From Blasia pusilla (taxonomy: Eukaryota): a stretch of DNA of 64,000 nucleotides. Shown piece by piece: positions 23,338 through 37,014 of the stretch. The translations under genes were made by a program, and so were the position numbers. The notes below the pieces were generated by a model that saw only the letters and a program-made list of their open reading frames with translations, was not told the origin of the DNA and searched no databases. The stretch spans positions 10,850,001 to 10,914,000 of the forward strand of contig CM114271.1 in the NCBI GenBank assembly GCA_050084515.1, written 5' to 3'. Every line of letters starts with the position of its first letter. The first letter of the stretch is position 1.

Positions 23338-26102
23338 GTGCAGACGGGTTGCAAGCAGAAAAGCATTTTAGAAAAAAACCGCCTTCAACTCGTCAACAAG
23401 CAGCAAAACATTTTTGAAAAAATCCCCTTACAACCTGTTGGCAAACAACTTTCCTTTGCCAATGTTCTTGCAACCCGTCGGAATCCGACAAGTTGCAAGA
23501 TGATTTTTCCTCGCAAAAAGTCACTTGCAACCCATCGGATTCCGACGGGTTGCAAGATGAACTTTTTTCGCAGAAAAGTAACTTACAACCCGTCAGATTC
23601 TGAAGGGTTGCAAGATGATATTCTTTCACAAATAAGTTACTTGCAACTTGTCGGATTCCAACGAGTTGCAAGACGGACTTTTTTTTGCAAAAAACTAGCT
23701 CGCAAGCGGTCGGATTCAAAGAGTCTGCAATGTGATGCAACTTGTCAATTTCGACGAGTTGCTTTACCTACCTATTTTGCAACACATATGATTCCAAGGG
23801 GTTGCAACCTCACACTTGGACCACATACTTGGAAAAAATGGAGAAAACTCACCTGTCGCAGAAAATTTCCCCATTGCCTCATACGGACGGTCCATCAACT
23901 GAGCCACAAACACAACTCTTTGTATTTCCACTCAATTCCATCCTTTCTCCACCACACATGAAGCTCTTCCTAGCACTCCATGGCTTGTTTCAAGGTTTTG
24001 CTATCCTTGCAATGTTGAAGTAGAGCTACATGGTCTGTTCTCATACTCTCCTTGATGCAGGATTGTTGCCAATGGAAAACATCCAATCTTTCCCTTTCCG
24101 GTTGAACTTCCTCCCTCCCCCCAGAACACTTCCCTGATAGCAATCCATCCGGGTTGGGCATTGTCCGCCATGAAGCCATATATTTCAGGAGGAGGTCTTT
24201 TGTTTTCCTTCACCACCTCCAATAGAAGTAATCAACACATCTTCAAGCTGCCAACTTCTTCCGCTTTCACCTCACAGACAAAGATGGTTTTCAGACCCTT
24301 CTCCACATGGTCGTAGACGTGTGCACCCATGGTCAACCATCCATTTAACACCCTATAGCAAATATCAAAGCTAACCTAGATCCCAAATAGATCTTCTCCC
24401 TCCCTCGGTTAATAAGATATAGGCCGCTAGACGGCCCTGTAGTAGACATTTTGAAGACACAAGCTCTGGATCCTTTGCCTCCTTGGCCCATGAACTGCCA
24501 TCTTTGAATGAATGGAAACCGTGAGTTGGCCTTGATCTTGGAATTGGCATCCATCTCCGTGGTCTTTCCATCAAGTATTCGTATTTGACGCAATAAGTTC
24601 CTAAAGCTTTCTGGATCAGCCAAGAATGCAAGATTTTCCCATAGTTGTTTCTCCTCAACTGCCATGATCTCCCCTTGGCTAGGGATACCCAACAGTTGTT
24701 TGCAAATTTGTGATGCAATTGTCAATTTGATCACTCCGAGCTTTGATCCTTGAGAATTTTTGTACACTTCGGCCACTTTCTTTGCCACATCCTCTTTGAT
24801 GTGTCTCTGAATTGCACCTATGACAAGATGAGTGCGAGACCCAACATGAATTTCCAACCTTGTGTACTCGGACGTAGAACTATAGTCGTGCACTATGAAA
24901 AAAATTTAAGCCAGACATGCTCTAACACAGAAAAGGGAGGCTTGACAATGCAAACATCGATGGCCACCTGACACTATGGTTGTACCCACGAGGTAAGGAG
25001 ATTTTGCATTTTTGGGAGAAAATTGGGAAGTATTCACGACTCCGTTCCTCTCAAGGAAGGGGCATCCTAGACTTCTGCACTCTAAGGATCCAAAACATTT
25101 GGTGACGAGACACAATCCAAGGACCACATAGGATTGAAGCGCTTTTCCGTTGCAATCTGCACCATCGGTGACAGTCAATTTTTGGTCCATACCCTTCAAG
25201 CGGCCTCCATCTTTCTTATGAGCAAGACTGATAAGTGGAGGCAGCTCAAAAATGAAGTTTCCATCATACGTTGTTGGTAGCTCATCCAAATTATGTGCCT
25301 GAAAAATTTCAAGGGGAGGGAAGAAAGCAAAGAATTTCTTGAAACTTGAAGCAAGAACGAGTAAGCAGATGTTGGGTCTGACATGTTTCCAACAGATTGT
25401 GTGAGATCGACGACATCCAAAATGTCCACAGCTTCAATCGCGATATTTCGAGCTTGTGAGTTTGGAGTTGATGCTGGATAGGCCGAAGCTGCCGTGCCAA
25501 ATGTGGAGCATGGAGCACTCGAAGGTTTCAGACCGTCTTCATGAGTCGCAGTGGTGATCAGATGAAGGCCATAAACTCTGAATTTTCCATTGGAGTAGGG
25601 TAAGAGGTTCCACACTTTGGAGCCTCCAATTTCTGGTTGGTCTATTTCACCAATAATATCATCCGTTCCATCAACTTTGATATCCTTGGATACAAAGATG
25701 GTTCCAATGTGGAGAAGAAATTGAAGTGAAAGGAAATGTTCTTCGACAATTACATGAATGTCACCAGGTTGGGCTCAAATTATCTCCAATTGAGGAAGGC
25801 CCGCTAGATGATTGCCACATGTGAGCTTCACATAATTATCCATTTGGGTCAGACCAAGAATGATTGCCCAGATATAGGAATAAGAATGAGTAGAAGAATG
25901 AGAATGTTGAATTTTTAGTGACCAGTGTCCGTTTAAATTCTAACAGAATATATCTGACATGTAGTTGGTAATTAGGTTGAACCATCGCCATGTGGGAAAA
26001 TATTTGCCAAGGCTCCTTCAACCCGTGGGAATTTGATGGGTTGAATAGCCAAGAGCCCGTAGCATTATCATGGGGCAAAGACCCAAAGAGTCCGACGGGT
26101 TG
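23338..26102 (-). mobile_element. Internal fragment (copy A) of the palindrome-bearing MULE-like DNA transposon
   Basis: Contains a transposase exon paralogous to 38670-40700, with palindrome copies at both ends. Confidence 0.8.
23853..25860 (-). pseudogene. GCM-like zinc domain + MULE-type DDE transposase exon, copy A (frameshifted)
   Basis: ELPTTYDGNFIFELPP, CFGSLEC..GCPF, CLHCQ, HVGS.TH, VFKMS, GFMADNAQ, DVFHWQQS. Ends at a CAG|GTGAGT donor near 23853. Confidence 0.75.
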
Positions 26103-26149
26103 GAAGGTAGACTCAAGGGGAATCCAACTCTAGCCCTCAAACTGGACGT

Positions 26150-27484
26150 AACTCAAGGTGTAGGCTGAAACATCGCGCACCTATGTGACATACCTCTAAC
26201 AATGGTCACACTGGTAAACTCTTTGTGTAGACCCATCTCCTCCTCCATGCTGAGGCAGTGTCCACTACCATGACGGGTGCAATCGCACTGGTAATGGGCT
26301 CCACCGCATGCCCAATGCAACAAATAATCCATGAAAACTACTTTTGAGCCGCATTGATGGCGCAGGTTGCTATGGCATAGACTCGCGTTTTCCTCCTTGA
26401 GCTCGTGGTTCCACAATCCTCTCCCAAAATCCACATTGTTGCACTGGTGGTGCACGCAATCGTGACTGCTCTCGCACAGAACCCATGGTTGCTGCGCTCT
26501 CCTCAGCCATGTTGCACTCAATATTCTCTGTGGTCTCAAAAACATATCTCATCATAGGTGAGGTGTGCATAAGAAGTACCCCATCCCTCACCTGTCTCCG
26601 CACGTCTCGGTCCTACATTGCGTATTATGCCTAGATACCCTGGGACACTATCACCCTCTAAGTGACACTTCTCAACGGACGCAATCAAGTGAACACCTCA
26701 TACAAACTCTCACCTAGACGCCTATGCAAGTCGTGGATACTCCGCAACTTCTCCGTCCGCACCACCTCGTAGCTTGTCCGCAACTCCGCAAAGAACTCAA
26801 CTACGGGCTAAACCTACGACAAACGTGATTGGATGATGCAACTCCTCAAGTTCGAGTTACCCCTCCTAACATATCACGGGTGGAAGAGGAAGTAGCCTCT
26901 CCTAACTCCTTCTCATCATCTGGAAACAACTCAGTCCATGACATATAGTGTGGGTCATAGTAAAGTCTCCATGCCTCAATCTTATGGATATATCTCTGAG
27001 AGAACTCATGGCAATCATCCATCGGTGCCCCCTCTAAGTGCTACAATATTCCATTCTATGTTGTAAATGGGTTGAACTCTCTAGAGTTCCTTACCCGTTG
27101 TGAATCACACCAACTCCTAGACTCCGCAATGAAGTCGTACAACTCAATCGTGCCTATAGCTCCCGAAAAACCTACGCGGTCCTCTATTTCGGTCGTCCAT
27201 CTCGTACGTCCAACTAGTAGGACCACTCAATGTGTGCGATGAATCACTGACAAACCCCTCTACATCCTCCCCTTTGTTTGACAATGACATAGAAGGAGAT
27301 CGAGGCGGTCCCTCATGTGGAGACCTTCGGAACCTCACGCCACTCTGCGTATATCCTCTAGAGCTACTCTCGAGTCCAGCACCTCGCCTCTCAAAGTCCC
27401 GAAAGGACGCCGTGATGATCCTCGTGCCTATCTCACGTGATCACTCTCAATCTCACGAGAAATCCCTCAATCACTCAACCCAAA
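26150..27484 (-). mobile_element. Degenerate retroelement-like 5' region (possible gag start), target of the full-length LTR insertion; continues at 38216-38430
   Basis: Sequence is contiguous across the CCAAA TSD. Contains broken ORFs (27144-27338, 26153-26545) with no diagnostic motif. Confidence 0.3.
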
Positions 27485-28702
27485 TGTAATGTACAAGTGT
27501 TTCTATTTTATAGTCGATTTAGTAAGTTCGATCCCCAAGAGGATCATTGCTTGATGAAAAGAGAGTTCGGAATTATAATTCTGTTGTAATAATTGTATTT
27601 AAATGTGTGTGAGTTATATTCAATGTCTTATCAATATCTTCTGATATTTCTTAGTACCAAAGGATCTTTTCTCGGTTCTCTCTAGTGGAATTGACAGCAT
27701 GTTCAGGTAGATTTTCCTCTCGACATCAAGAAACCTCACGGAGATCTCAACACAGAAGCTGGCTTCTCCTACTTTCGGAACTCAATCCGTCTTGGCAGGT
27801 TACTCTCTGTCAAACAGATTTCCTACAACTCATGTTGATTATTTCGCTGATGAGAAAGGTTCTCCTGATTCACTCCTCATTCTGCAGACCCAAAAAGAAT
27901 ACTCAAACATAAGCATCGCACATCAGAATGAATGAATGACTGCTTTACTACTCCATCAAGAACGAGAAAGCTTCAAAGTGTATACAAGCTCAAGAGGATA
28001 CTACTCTCTTGCTCGGACCATTCCTACAACATAAGGACTTCGTAAGAGAATGATGATAATGACTTCTGCTTTGCTTCTTAAATATTCGTTGGAGTGGAAG
28101 TGATCCTAAGATTCGAAACGTTCTTGATGAAGCTAGTGTCTCTTCACTATTTCTAACTACCTAGATCTATGGTTCTCTTAGCTTTTCCTACGATCCCTAT
28201 GAATCCGCGGTACAAAATTGTTCTAACTACCAATTTGATACAACGGGTCGCACCCTTCCCTAGTCGAACTGTTTTAACATGTGTCTCTTGAAATCACTGT
28301 CCTTCTTAGCTTCGCTTCGTTGGACTTCAGGAGGACGAAGTACTCCATGCTTCGTTCTTATTTCCTGTGCTTCGTACTTCGTGCTTCGCGCTTCGTTAAA
28401 GAGCGAAGTACTTCGTTCTTCTTTTCTTCGTGATGCTTCGTTATGTAGCGAAGCACTTTGTAGACAGAGCTTCGTATATCTTCGTTAGGCTTCGTTAAGC
28501 TTTGTTAAGCTTCGTTATTGCGTTTTCCTCTCCTCTAAGGCAAATCCTTGATCTTCCATCTCTCGGCCTTGTCCCAAGAGCTTCGTGATTCACTTATTCT
28601 TCTTCATAGTAATAAATAATCATAATCAAAATCATAATATACAAGAGTCTTCGTTGAATAAAAAGATATATTCTTCAAGAGTACAAAATTGTGGGTATCA
28701 CA
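27485..28702 (-). repeat. 3' LTR
   Basis: Direct repeat of 37015-38215 (TGTAATGTACAAG...GGGTATCACA on +), with roughly two dozen substitutions and two small indels by eye. Confidence 0.96.
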
Positions 28703-28715
28703 TACCCCCTCCCTC
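28703..28715 (-). other. Polypurine tract
   Basis: GAGGGAGGGGGTA on the minus strand directly before the 3' LTR. Confidence 0.9.
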
Positions 28716-28741
28716 AAATGTGAGCCGCCCTGGAGAACACT

Positions 28742-30643
28742 TCATGATGTTTCTCCTATCTCCATAAAAGTATCCTCTAAACTATCGAACTCCAGGGTAG
28801 ATGCAAAACAACCGTGAATTGTAAAAGGTTTGTTGATAATGTTAGAAGTATGATTGCGCATTCTTTCTCGTGACTTGTTAACAACTAATTTACTCCCTAG
28901 TACTTTGTTCTGGACTAAGACGTCAGATGGATTAAATACTGGTAAGTCTTCAAGAATAATGGAAAGAGTGGGTACAACTTCTGGAAGAGACTTTGTATGG
29001 TTGTCGAATTGGCGCTTCCAATGTTTGTTGATGTAGTCGATTTCTTCATTCATTTGTTCTTCGAAACTCTTGGCAGCTACCTCGACTAACTCTTTGACAT
29101 GTTCGAGGTCTAACTCCACTTTGTTAAGCAGTTTCTGCTCCGCTTCCAATAGTGCGATCCTCCCTGTGAACTCTGACCATTGCGCCAAGAAGTCTTTGTT
29201 TGTTTCTTGCTGTTCCTGAAGCAGTTTCGAGGACTCAGCATGTTGGGTGGCCAATTTCTTGAACTCGCAGTGCACACGATGTATTTGCTGTCGATATTGG
29301 TCAATAAGGTGCGAAGCTTCCTTGATCTGCGAAGCTAACTGATCAGTCCCACATTCCAAGTTAATCGCCAAGCTCTCCCATTGGCATGCATTTCGTGCTT
29401 CGTACTGACACTGAACTAAGTTGCTTTGAGCTTTGCGAAGCGTGGTCTTCGTATCTTTGAGTTCTTGATCCCGAACGTGAAGATTGGTTTCTGCTATTCG
29501 ACGCTGTGCTTCGTTTTCTGACGAAGCTTGAGCCCTACAGTTGAGGTCATCTAGGGCTTGTAAATAATCTTCCACCGACGCTGTGTCGTCTAGGTGGAGG
29601 ACGTCTTGCAGTTGATGCATGACCGGAACTGCTATATTCAAGAACCACACCATATCGTTGGCTGTCTGAGACATCAAGCGAAGGGAAGGGTGGTGATCGC
29701 TAGCACGAGGCGTCTCATCGGAGTCCTCCTGAGTAGCAGGTTCTGGTTCCAATGGCATTTCGAAGTTGACCCTGCCGCGCTTCGGTCTTGGCTATTTAAT
29801 GACATCTTCGACTTTGCGCGAAGCCGAAGCATGAGGATGGTGCTTTAGGGCTGCTTCGCTTGGTGGTGTGGCTTCACGGCTTCCACTAGTGCCCGCTCCG
29901 CTCCTTCTTGGTAAGCGAACCGGAGTGACCTACGACCACTCGAGTGCTTCGTTCGACGTCAATTCCTGCTTATGAAGATACAGGTGGATTATAAAAGGCG
30001 ATAAGTAGGACTTCGTGCTTGGATGAAGCACCTCCAGCATGTTTCGTACGTTCCCGTCGACAAAGGAAGCAAAGTCGACTCCCGACGCCGTGGGATCCAA
30101 GTGTTGATTCCAAAGAAGGTAACAAATCTTGACGAGCTTGTTGGTTAGGTAGTAAGATCAAGCAGGATAAAATAACGTCATCACATGCTTACAAAACTCT
30201 CCAAATAATGGTGGAGACAGCGATGTAGCCTTGTAACCATTCCTGCTCAGACGATCAGACGTGACACAGCCGAGTGCCAACAATTCTTCGTGTTTTACCA
30301 AGAGCTCAGTATCGTACTCATATTGTGGAGCAGCCGGAAGCATGTACATGGCTTGCCAATCATCCGGCGTCCACTGTTGGGGTTGTGGGCGATATCGAAG
30401 ACCCTTCTTCCAAAACTTGGCTGCTGCCGTTGAGGAACGAAGCTCTCCGAGGAGTTCTCCTAAGGTAAGTGTCCAATTGGATTGAAAGAACGTCGCCAAA
30501 GAGCGCGCTTCCAGTGCTTCGACTAGCTCGGGGGACAGCTTGACCATCGGCATTGCCGCACTTCGCAGAATGGGAGTGGAGTCTTCGCAAGGCATGGCTG
30601 TATGTCGCGCTCGGTGAACACCGCGCTTTGGTATGCTCCGCAA
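28742..30643 (-). pseudogene. Extra 3' ORF of the Gypsy element (globular N-terminal part plus long coiled coil), interrupted by stops
   Basis: ORFs 30158-30643 and 28742-29758 are in the same frame, separated by premature stops, and lie between the integrase and the PPT. Confidence 0.65.
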
Positions 30644-30807
30644 CTTCTTGTTTACCCTGTCCAGGAATTGACCTGTCTGGTTCCATAAGGGCGCTTATAT
30701 AGTCCTTGCTCGGCTGTTGTTGTTGGCGTTGGAACTGCAACAATTAGTTTGGCGCTTCGCTGCTTCGCTCTTCAAGAACTGTCGCGCTTCGTTGCTTCGC
30801 TACAAAG

Positions 30808-33800
30808 CTAGAGGCATGCGCTTACCCCCCTTCCTCCGGTTTCAGTCCGCATAAGGTTGAGGCTCATAATACTGACGCACATGCATTCCATTGACCCGCG
30901 TGGGCAGGGATTCTCCCTGTAAGGTCCCCAAATCAGGGATCCATTATCATAGATGGCCAATACCCGGTAGGGCCCCATCCAATTTAGTTTTAATTTTCCG
31001 GGGAACTTGAGTCGCCGGTTATCGTACAACAGCACCAGGTCTCCAACGCTTATCGATTGTGGCCGGAGATGTCGATCGTAACGTTGTTTGCGTGCTTTTT
31101 GCACCTGTTCCGTCTGGCGTAACGCCAACGTGCGTGCTTCTTCCAACGCGACTAAGGTCTCATTCCATCCTTGGAAAACTTTGTTGACGGCCTCTGTTCT
31201 CGTTCCTTCCAGTACTCGATAAGTGGGCAAAGCCCATTCAATAGGGGTTAAGGGATGAACACCATAAGTCAAGAAGAACGAGGTATGCTTTGTCATGACT
31301 TTCTCCGCTGTTCGGTATGCCCACAATGCCGTGGAGATTTTCATGTCCCAATCATAGGAATAGGTGACCGTCAATCGATTCAATATCCGGCAGATCAGGC
31401 CGTTAGATTTTTCCGTCAACCCATTGGCTTTAGGGTTGTAGGGCGTGGTTTTCCGATGCTTAATCACAAAGTGGGAAGTGAGAGACTCAATAGTATTGTT
31501 TAAGAAGTGAGTGCCCCGATCACTTACTAATTCCAATGGGCAGCCATAACGAGTGATAATCATCTCGTATAAAAATTTGGCCACTGCTTCGCTATCATCT
31601 TTACGCGTGGCCACCGCCTCGACCATCTTAGTACAATAGTCGGTGGCTATCACAATATACTTACGCCGTGTTTGGCGAGTAGCGGGGGAGATAGGTCCTA
31701 CAAAGTCAATACCCCATTTTTCAAAAGGGGGCTAGGGGCATGATAGGTACCAAAGGCCACCGGGAGGTTGCCGTGGGTCGACCTGCTCTTTGACAGGCAT
31801 CACAACTCTGGATAAAGTGACCTACATCTTTGTACATAGTTGGCCACCAATAACGTGCGGCCAAGATTTTCTTGATAGTATTTTTTACCGCATAATGTCC
31901 ACCAGAATCAGCCGTATGCATGGCTCTGATGACTTGGGGAACTTCGTCTGCTTCCAAGCATCGTCGATACTCTTCATCCGCACCTAATTTGAATAGGATC
32001 CCCCGACATATCTCAAATGGTCCTATCTTATGTAAGAAAAGTGTGCGCTCCTCCGCTATCATAGGGCCTGGAAGTTGCAAAGTAATTAAAAAACGCAAAA
32101 TATCCTCATAAAAGGACTTGCACAACCGGTCTTCTCTAATATGGAACATGTCTTCGTCGGGAAAGGTATCATCGAAGGACTGGGTGAGGTCCACGTTCGT
32201 CATCCTTAACCTGGAAAGAAAATCGGCATTGGTATGCACCTTGCCGGCACGGGTGACCACATCGAAAGTGAATTCTTGGAGCAGAAGGATCCATCGCGCA
32301 ATACGACCGGACAAGTCCGCCTTTACCATTAATGGTCTGAGCGCGAAATGGTCGACATGGAAAACAAATTCGTAACCCAATAAATAGTGTCGAAACTTTT
32401 TACACGAGAAGACCATGCCTAGCGCCTCTCGTTTGGTGGTAGTAAATTTTTGTTCCGCCGAAGAGAGTTGCCGTCCGGCGTAGTAAACCGGAAAGTCATG
32501 TTTATTGTCATCTAGTTGGTTGAGCACCACTCCAATGGCAAACGAGGATGTGTCCACATATACGTGGAAGGGTTTGGTCCAATCAAGGGACCGGAGTACA
32601 GGCGCTGTTTGCAATGCCCCTTTTAAAGTATCAAATGCCGCTTGGCACGTTGGATTCCACTCCCATTTGGTAGATTTTTTAAGTAATGCAGTAAGAGCTC
32701 CTGCTTTTACCGCATAATCTTTAATAAATCGTCGATAGTATCCGACGTGTCCCAAGAATCCTCTCAATTCTCGGAGATTGGTGGGTGGTTCCAATGCGAC
32801 GATAATATCCACCTTAGCCTTGTCGACCTCAATTCCTTGCGCCGACACTCTGTGCCCCAACAAGATCCCTTGTTTCATAGCAATATACGATTTTTCCGGA
32901 TGGAGGGACAAGTGCACTTCACGACAACATGCGAGGGTTAATTCTAATTTCTCCAAGTGTTCGGCCTCTGTACTGAAGATACAAAAATTGTCCAAGAAAA
33001 TTTCAACAAACTACCACACATACTCTTGGAAGATGGAGATCATCATTCGTTGGAAGGTAGCTGGGACATTGCACAACCCAAAGGGCATCACGCGATACGC
33101 AAACGTTCCCCAGTGCGTGGTGAAAGTGGTGAGGGGCCGATCTTTTTCTCGTATGGATACTTGGTTATAACCCGAGTATCCATCCAAGAAAGTATAACGC
33201 TCGTGGCCGGCAACCTTATCCAAAATACTGTCAGTAAAAGGTAGAGGGTGATGGTCCTTTAAGGTGGCCGCATTCAATTTCCGGTAATCTTGGCACACTC
33301 TAATTTTTCCCATTTGTTTCTTGGGTACAATCACAATGGGAGACACCCACTCGCTACTTAACACTGGATAAATTATTCCTACTCTGAGACTCTGGTCAAT
33401 CTCGTCCTTGACTAGTAACGAGTACTTCGGGTTGAGGCGATACTGCCTCATTCGTACAAGGACCGCACCTTCTTTTAGGTCAATTTTGTGTTCACCATAC
33501 CGTGCTAGAATGCCTGTCATTTCATCCATGGAGTATGCAAACACATCCAAATACTCAAACAATAATCTTTTATACTTCAAGAGTTCGGTGGGCGACAAAT
33601 CCGCCGAGAGGCGTAAAGACTTCTAATCTGTAATTAAGACTGGTATGTAGTCCTTTTCTTGAACCATACTCTCTGTAAAATGGAATGTGCTATGACCCAG
33701 CTTCTCTTCTTCTCGGGTCGACATTGGTTTGCTAGGTATCGACTCCTCGTCTATTTCATAACATTCTAAATAATATACATTGGCCGAGGACTCTGTAGAT

Positions 33801-36595
33801 GTAGTTTGCTCTTGGTCTGATGTATAGCCCTCGTCGGTCGGTGGTGTTTCTCCTTGGGACGGTCGTGATTTCCACGACAACTTGATGAGCCACTTGGAGA
33901 CCTGGTCCAGAGCTTGGAATGTGAAACGTCGCCTCCTCCAATCCGTCGTCACTCGCGCACCATACAACCAGGGTCGTCCAATGAGCAAGGGATAGCCCGT
34001 GGTGGTCAGGGGCTGCAAGACTAAGTAGTCCAACAGAAATAGCACCCCCCCGAGCATGGTCGGAATCTGAGTGATCTGTCCGAGGGGTCGCTTCCGGGAC
34101 TGATCCGCCAACTGCAGGTACTTCTCGGTGGGCTCGTACTCCGTATATCCTAATGCCCGAGCTGTCTGTTCTGTCATAATGTTAATGCCGCTTCTTGAGT
34201 CAATGGGCACCTTCTTAATGGTGTGCCCCTCAATCTCTACCTCTACCTCTGGTGCTCCCAAGTCTTCCACTTCAATACGGAACAGATCCACTACTGGTAG
34301 ATGCTTTGCCGACTTCTTGGGTTTTTTACGGCTTATCTTCCACTGCTGCAAAATTTTGCCGTACACCGGTTTATCCATTAATAATTGCAATAGGGTTATA
34401 TTGGCCGGGGTTGACACCAGGTCCTTGAGTAGGTCGTAGACTTCTAAGACCAGTGGTGACGTCTCGATGGCTTGCACTGCCGAAGTCATTCCGGTTCTCG
34501 TCGGCTCGGGGGTCTTTCTCCCTTCTGGTCCTTGATCCTGACGCTCTTGAGCCTGAACCTGGTCCTCAATATCCTGATGGAAGTACTTAGGATGACTTCG
34601 ATCGAAGGCCGGGTCCACATCACCTTTTAGGATGGCCTTGCCGGCGCGAAAGGTGTCAACACCTTTCGTCTTGGGGTCTTGAGCTTCGAGCGAAGATGAA
34701 CCACCTTTCCTTTCCTTGGGGGTCTTCGCGGTCTGACTCTTGGACCTCGTGGTGACAGCCATAACGGTTTCTTGGAACTCTTTGGGCCAGTCCGACGATT
34801 CTTTGGTGTCCACTCTGCTTGAGTCTTCCTCTCTGATAGTGACTCGCTTTGGCCTGGGGGACCCTAACTCTTCCACGCAGACAAGTTGTACATTGACATC
34901 ATTCTTGGACTCTGGTTGGGCTCCTGGAGTGTTGACATATTTTACCAACAACAGTGGAACCTTGGGCTCCGGGCATTCCACTGTAGTGTGCCCGCCTTTC
35001 TTGCAATTCCTGCACAAGGGATTGAGTCCTACTGGCCGCTTTGGGTTTGGGCAATTATTAGCCCAATGGTCAGCCGCACCGCAATTATAACAACAGTTCC
35101 TTTTTATGGGGGGCGTGAAGGCCGCCGCGCCCATAATCTGCCTCAAGGGTCTCTGCTCCCCGTATTCTGGAGGTACATATCGGGTGATCCAACTTCATCC
35201 AGGATTTGGGGGTGGCACAGCTTGGATGGCATAGCACCCTTCCCACTGTTCGGGTTCATACCACCCTTCTTCAGTAGTGGGATCTTCCTGGATCCAACGT
35301 ACATCCCTCTGCATGTGGCATTCCTGGGCAGTATGCCCTTGGGATCCGCAGGTACTACACCAAATGTTGGGCCTCATCAGACCTGGGCGTCTTCTGGGGT
35401 CCTTCTGGGCCGCCGGATGTACCTTCATTTTTGCAATTTGCTTACTCAACTCTTCCATGGCCGACTTGCCGGCCTTCCTTGCTGTCCCCCTTACTGGACT
35501 TTCGGACCACTGGGGAAGGTGTTTTGTGGGTCGGGTTTTCCTTCGGTGCTTGGGAGAGTGGTGGCGCGTGCTCTTTCCTTTCCGTTTAGATTTTGCGTCT
35601 GGTTCCGAGTCCGAGGACTCCAAAGTATCCCCCATAGAGGATTCCGTGTCTGTGGAGGACGCTTCGTCCTCTGATAAAGCACTAGTTTGCGACAAACCTC
35701 GGCATTGGTGACGCCGTCTTCGTGTTTTACGGGACTTCTCTGAGGCTTTGTAAGCCTCTGCGGAGGCAATGACTGCTTTGAGGGAATCACGTTGGCCTCA
35801 CCGGCAGTACCGGTCCATTTCCTTGGATAGTCTTGACACGAACCAATCTACCAGTTGCGAGGTAGTGGTGTGTTCTAGTTTATTCACCAGGCTGCGAAAC
35901 CTCTGTGTGTACTCCCAAAGAGTTTCCTTCTTTTTCCGTTTCAGGTTGCAAAGCTTCGTAAGAAGCCTGTCCTCGAACTCCAAGTCGCGGAACTCATGTA
36001 GGAAGGACTCCAATACCCTCTTCCATGTTTCCGTGACGTCCGCTCCAAGACCCTCGTACCACTGGCTTGCTCGCTTCTTGAGCAGGCCCGGAAAGACTCG
36101 CAATAAGTCCTCTTCTGAACCTTCCCCATTTGCCTTGGCTACATGGGTAAATTCCAGCACAAAGTTGTCCACATCATCTCGCCGTCCTCCAGCAAAGGTG
36201 GGGTACCTTAGCAGCGTCTTCCTAGTATGAGCCATGGGGAATGGTCTGCTGCTGGGTCCCGGGCTTGAGGCTCGGAAGGGCGGAGGTAGCGGCTCCGCTC
36301 TAGTTGATTGGGTTGGCCCCGCGTCTTCGGACTCTCCAAAAGGGTCCCAGGTTGACTCTTCGTCCGACTGCGAACTGGTAGGGGACGTAGGGGAGAGTTT
36401 GTTCCTGTCTCTCTTCTTGCTCTTGGGCTTTGTGTGAAGACAAAGACCGGGAGACAACCTAGGAGGTCTCCAAGCCGGGTGCTCTTCTTGTTGCTTACTC
36501 CTTCTATCGGCTCGCTGATCTCGCGAAGAGGGCCGGGAGCCTTCCATGAGCCCCTTCTGGGATCCGGAAACTTGCTTCCGCACCCACGGTCGCAA
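30808..36595 (-). pseudogene. gag-pol polyprotein (gag, 3 CCHC knuckles, protease, RT, RNase H, integrase), disrupted
   Basis: CSTCGSQGHTAQEC, CYNCGAADHWANNC, CRNCKKGGHTTVEC. Protease PIDSRSG. RT motifs WVSPIVIVPKK, LDGYSGYNQ, MPFGLCN, FLDN. RNase H YVDTS, DFLSR. Integrase H..GGH..C..C, VSDRG, GLTEKSN, WMGPY. Several stops and frameshifts. Confidence 0.93.
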
Positions 36596-36979
36596 AAAGG
36601 TAGGGATCCATGGAGGGGAAATTAAAGGTTTCTACTTCCTAAGCCTACAGAAGTGTGCCAGGTGCTCTTAATCTTCCTGCCAGGTTTTCCTCCCATAAAG
36701 AGAAGTACCGGGTCATCACCAAGTACAATTGACGTTCATGGGTTGAGCACCGTTCGGCGACTGGTTTATTGACAAGGCTAATTAATTGTTCTATCTTTTC
36801 TAGCACCAATGCAGCAAATCTGTTGTAATCTTCTTTCATCCATTGTCTGAGGGGAATAGCTAGAGAGATCAGATGGTCTTCAGTAAGCACTAGCTGGTTG
36901 GGTCTTCTTAGAGACGAGGCTTCTTTCCCCGCTCCCGGATTCCCCATGTATCTCTCTCCCTTTTCAGCAAAGAATATGA

Positions 36980-36997
36980 TCCCCGGTAGCGGCACCA
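36980..36997 (-). other. Primer binding site (tRNA-Asp-like)
   Basis: TGGTGCCGCTACCGGGGA, 17 nt inside the 5' LTR boundary; resembles the plant tRNA-Asp PBS TGGCGCCGTTGCCGGGGA. Confidence 0.75.
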
Positions 36998-37014
36998 AAA
37001 AGTTTCTTGCTATA

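Noticed and set aside
23338-23961. 207-aa ORF (+) and similar ORFs with recurring ATRRNPTGC/CNPSDSDGL peptides
   Set aside because: These are translations of the palindrome arrays, lying antisense to or within introns; not considered real proteins.
34886-36230. Plus-strand ORFs of 262, 144 and 153 aa
   Set aside because: Antisense shadows of gag.
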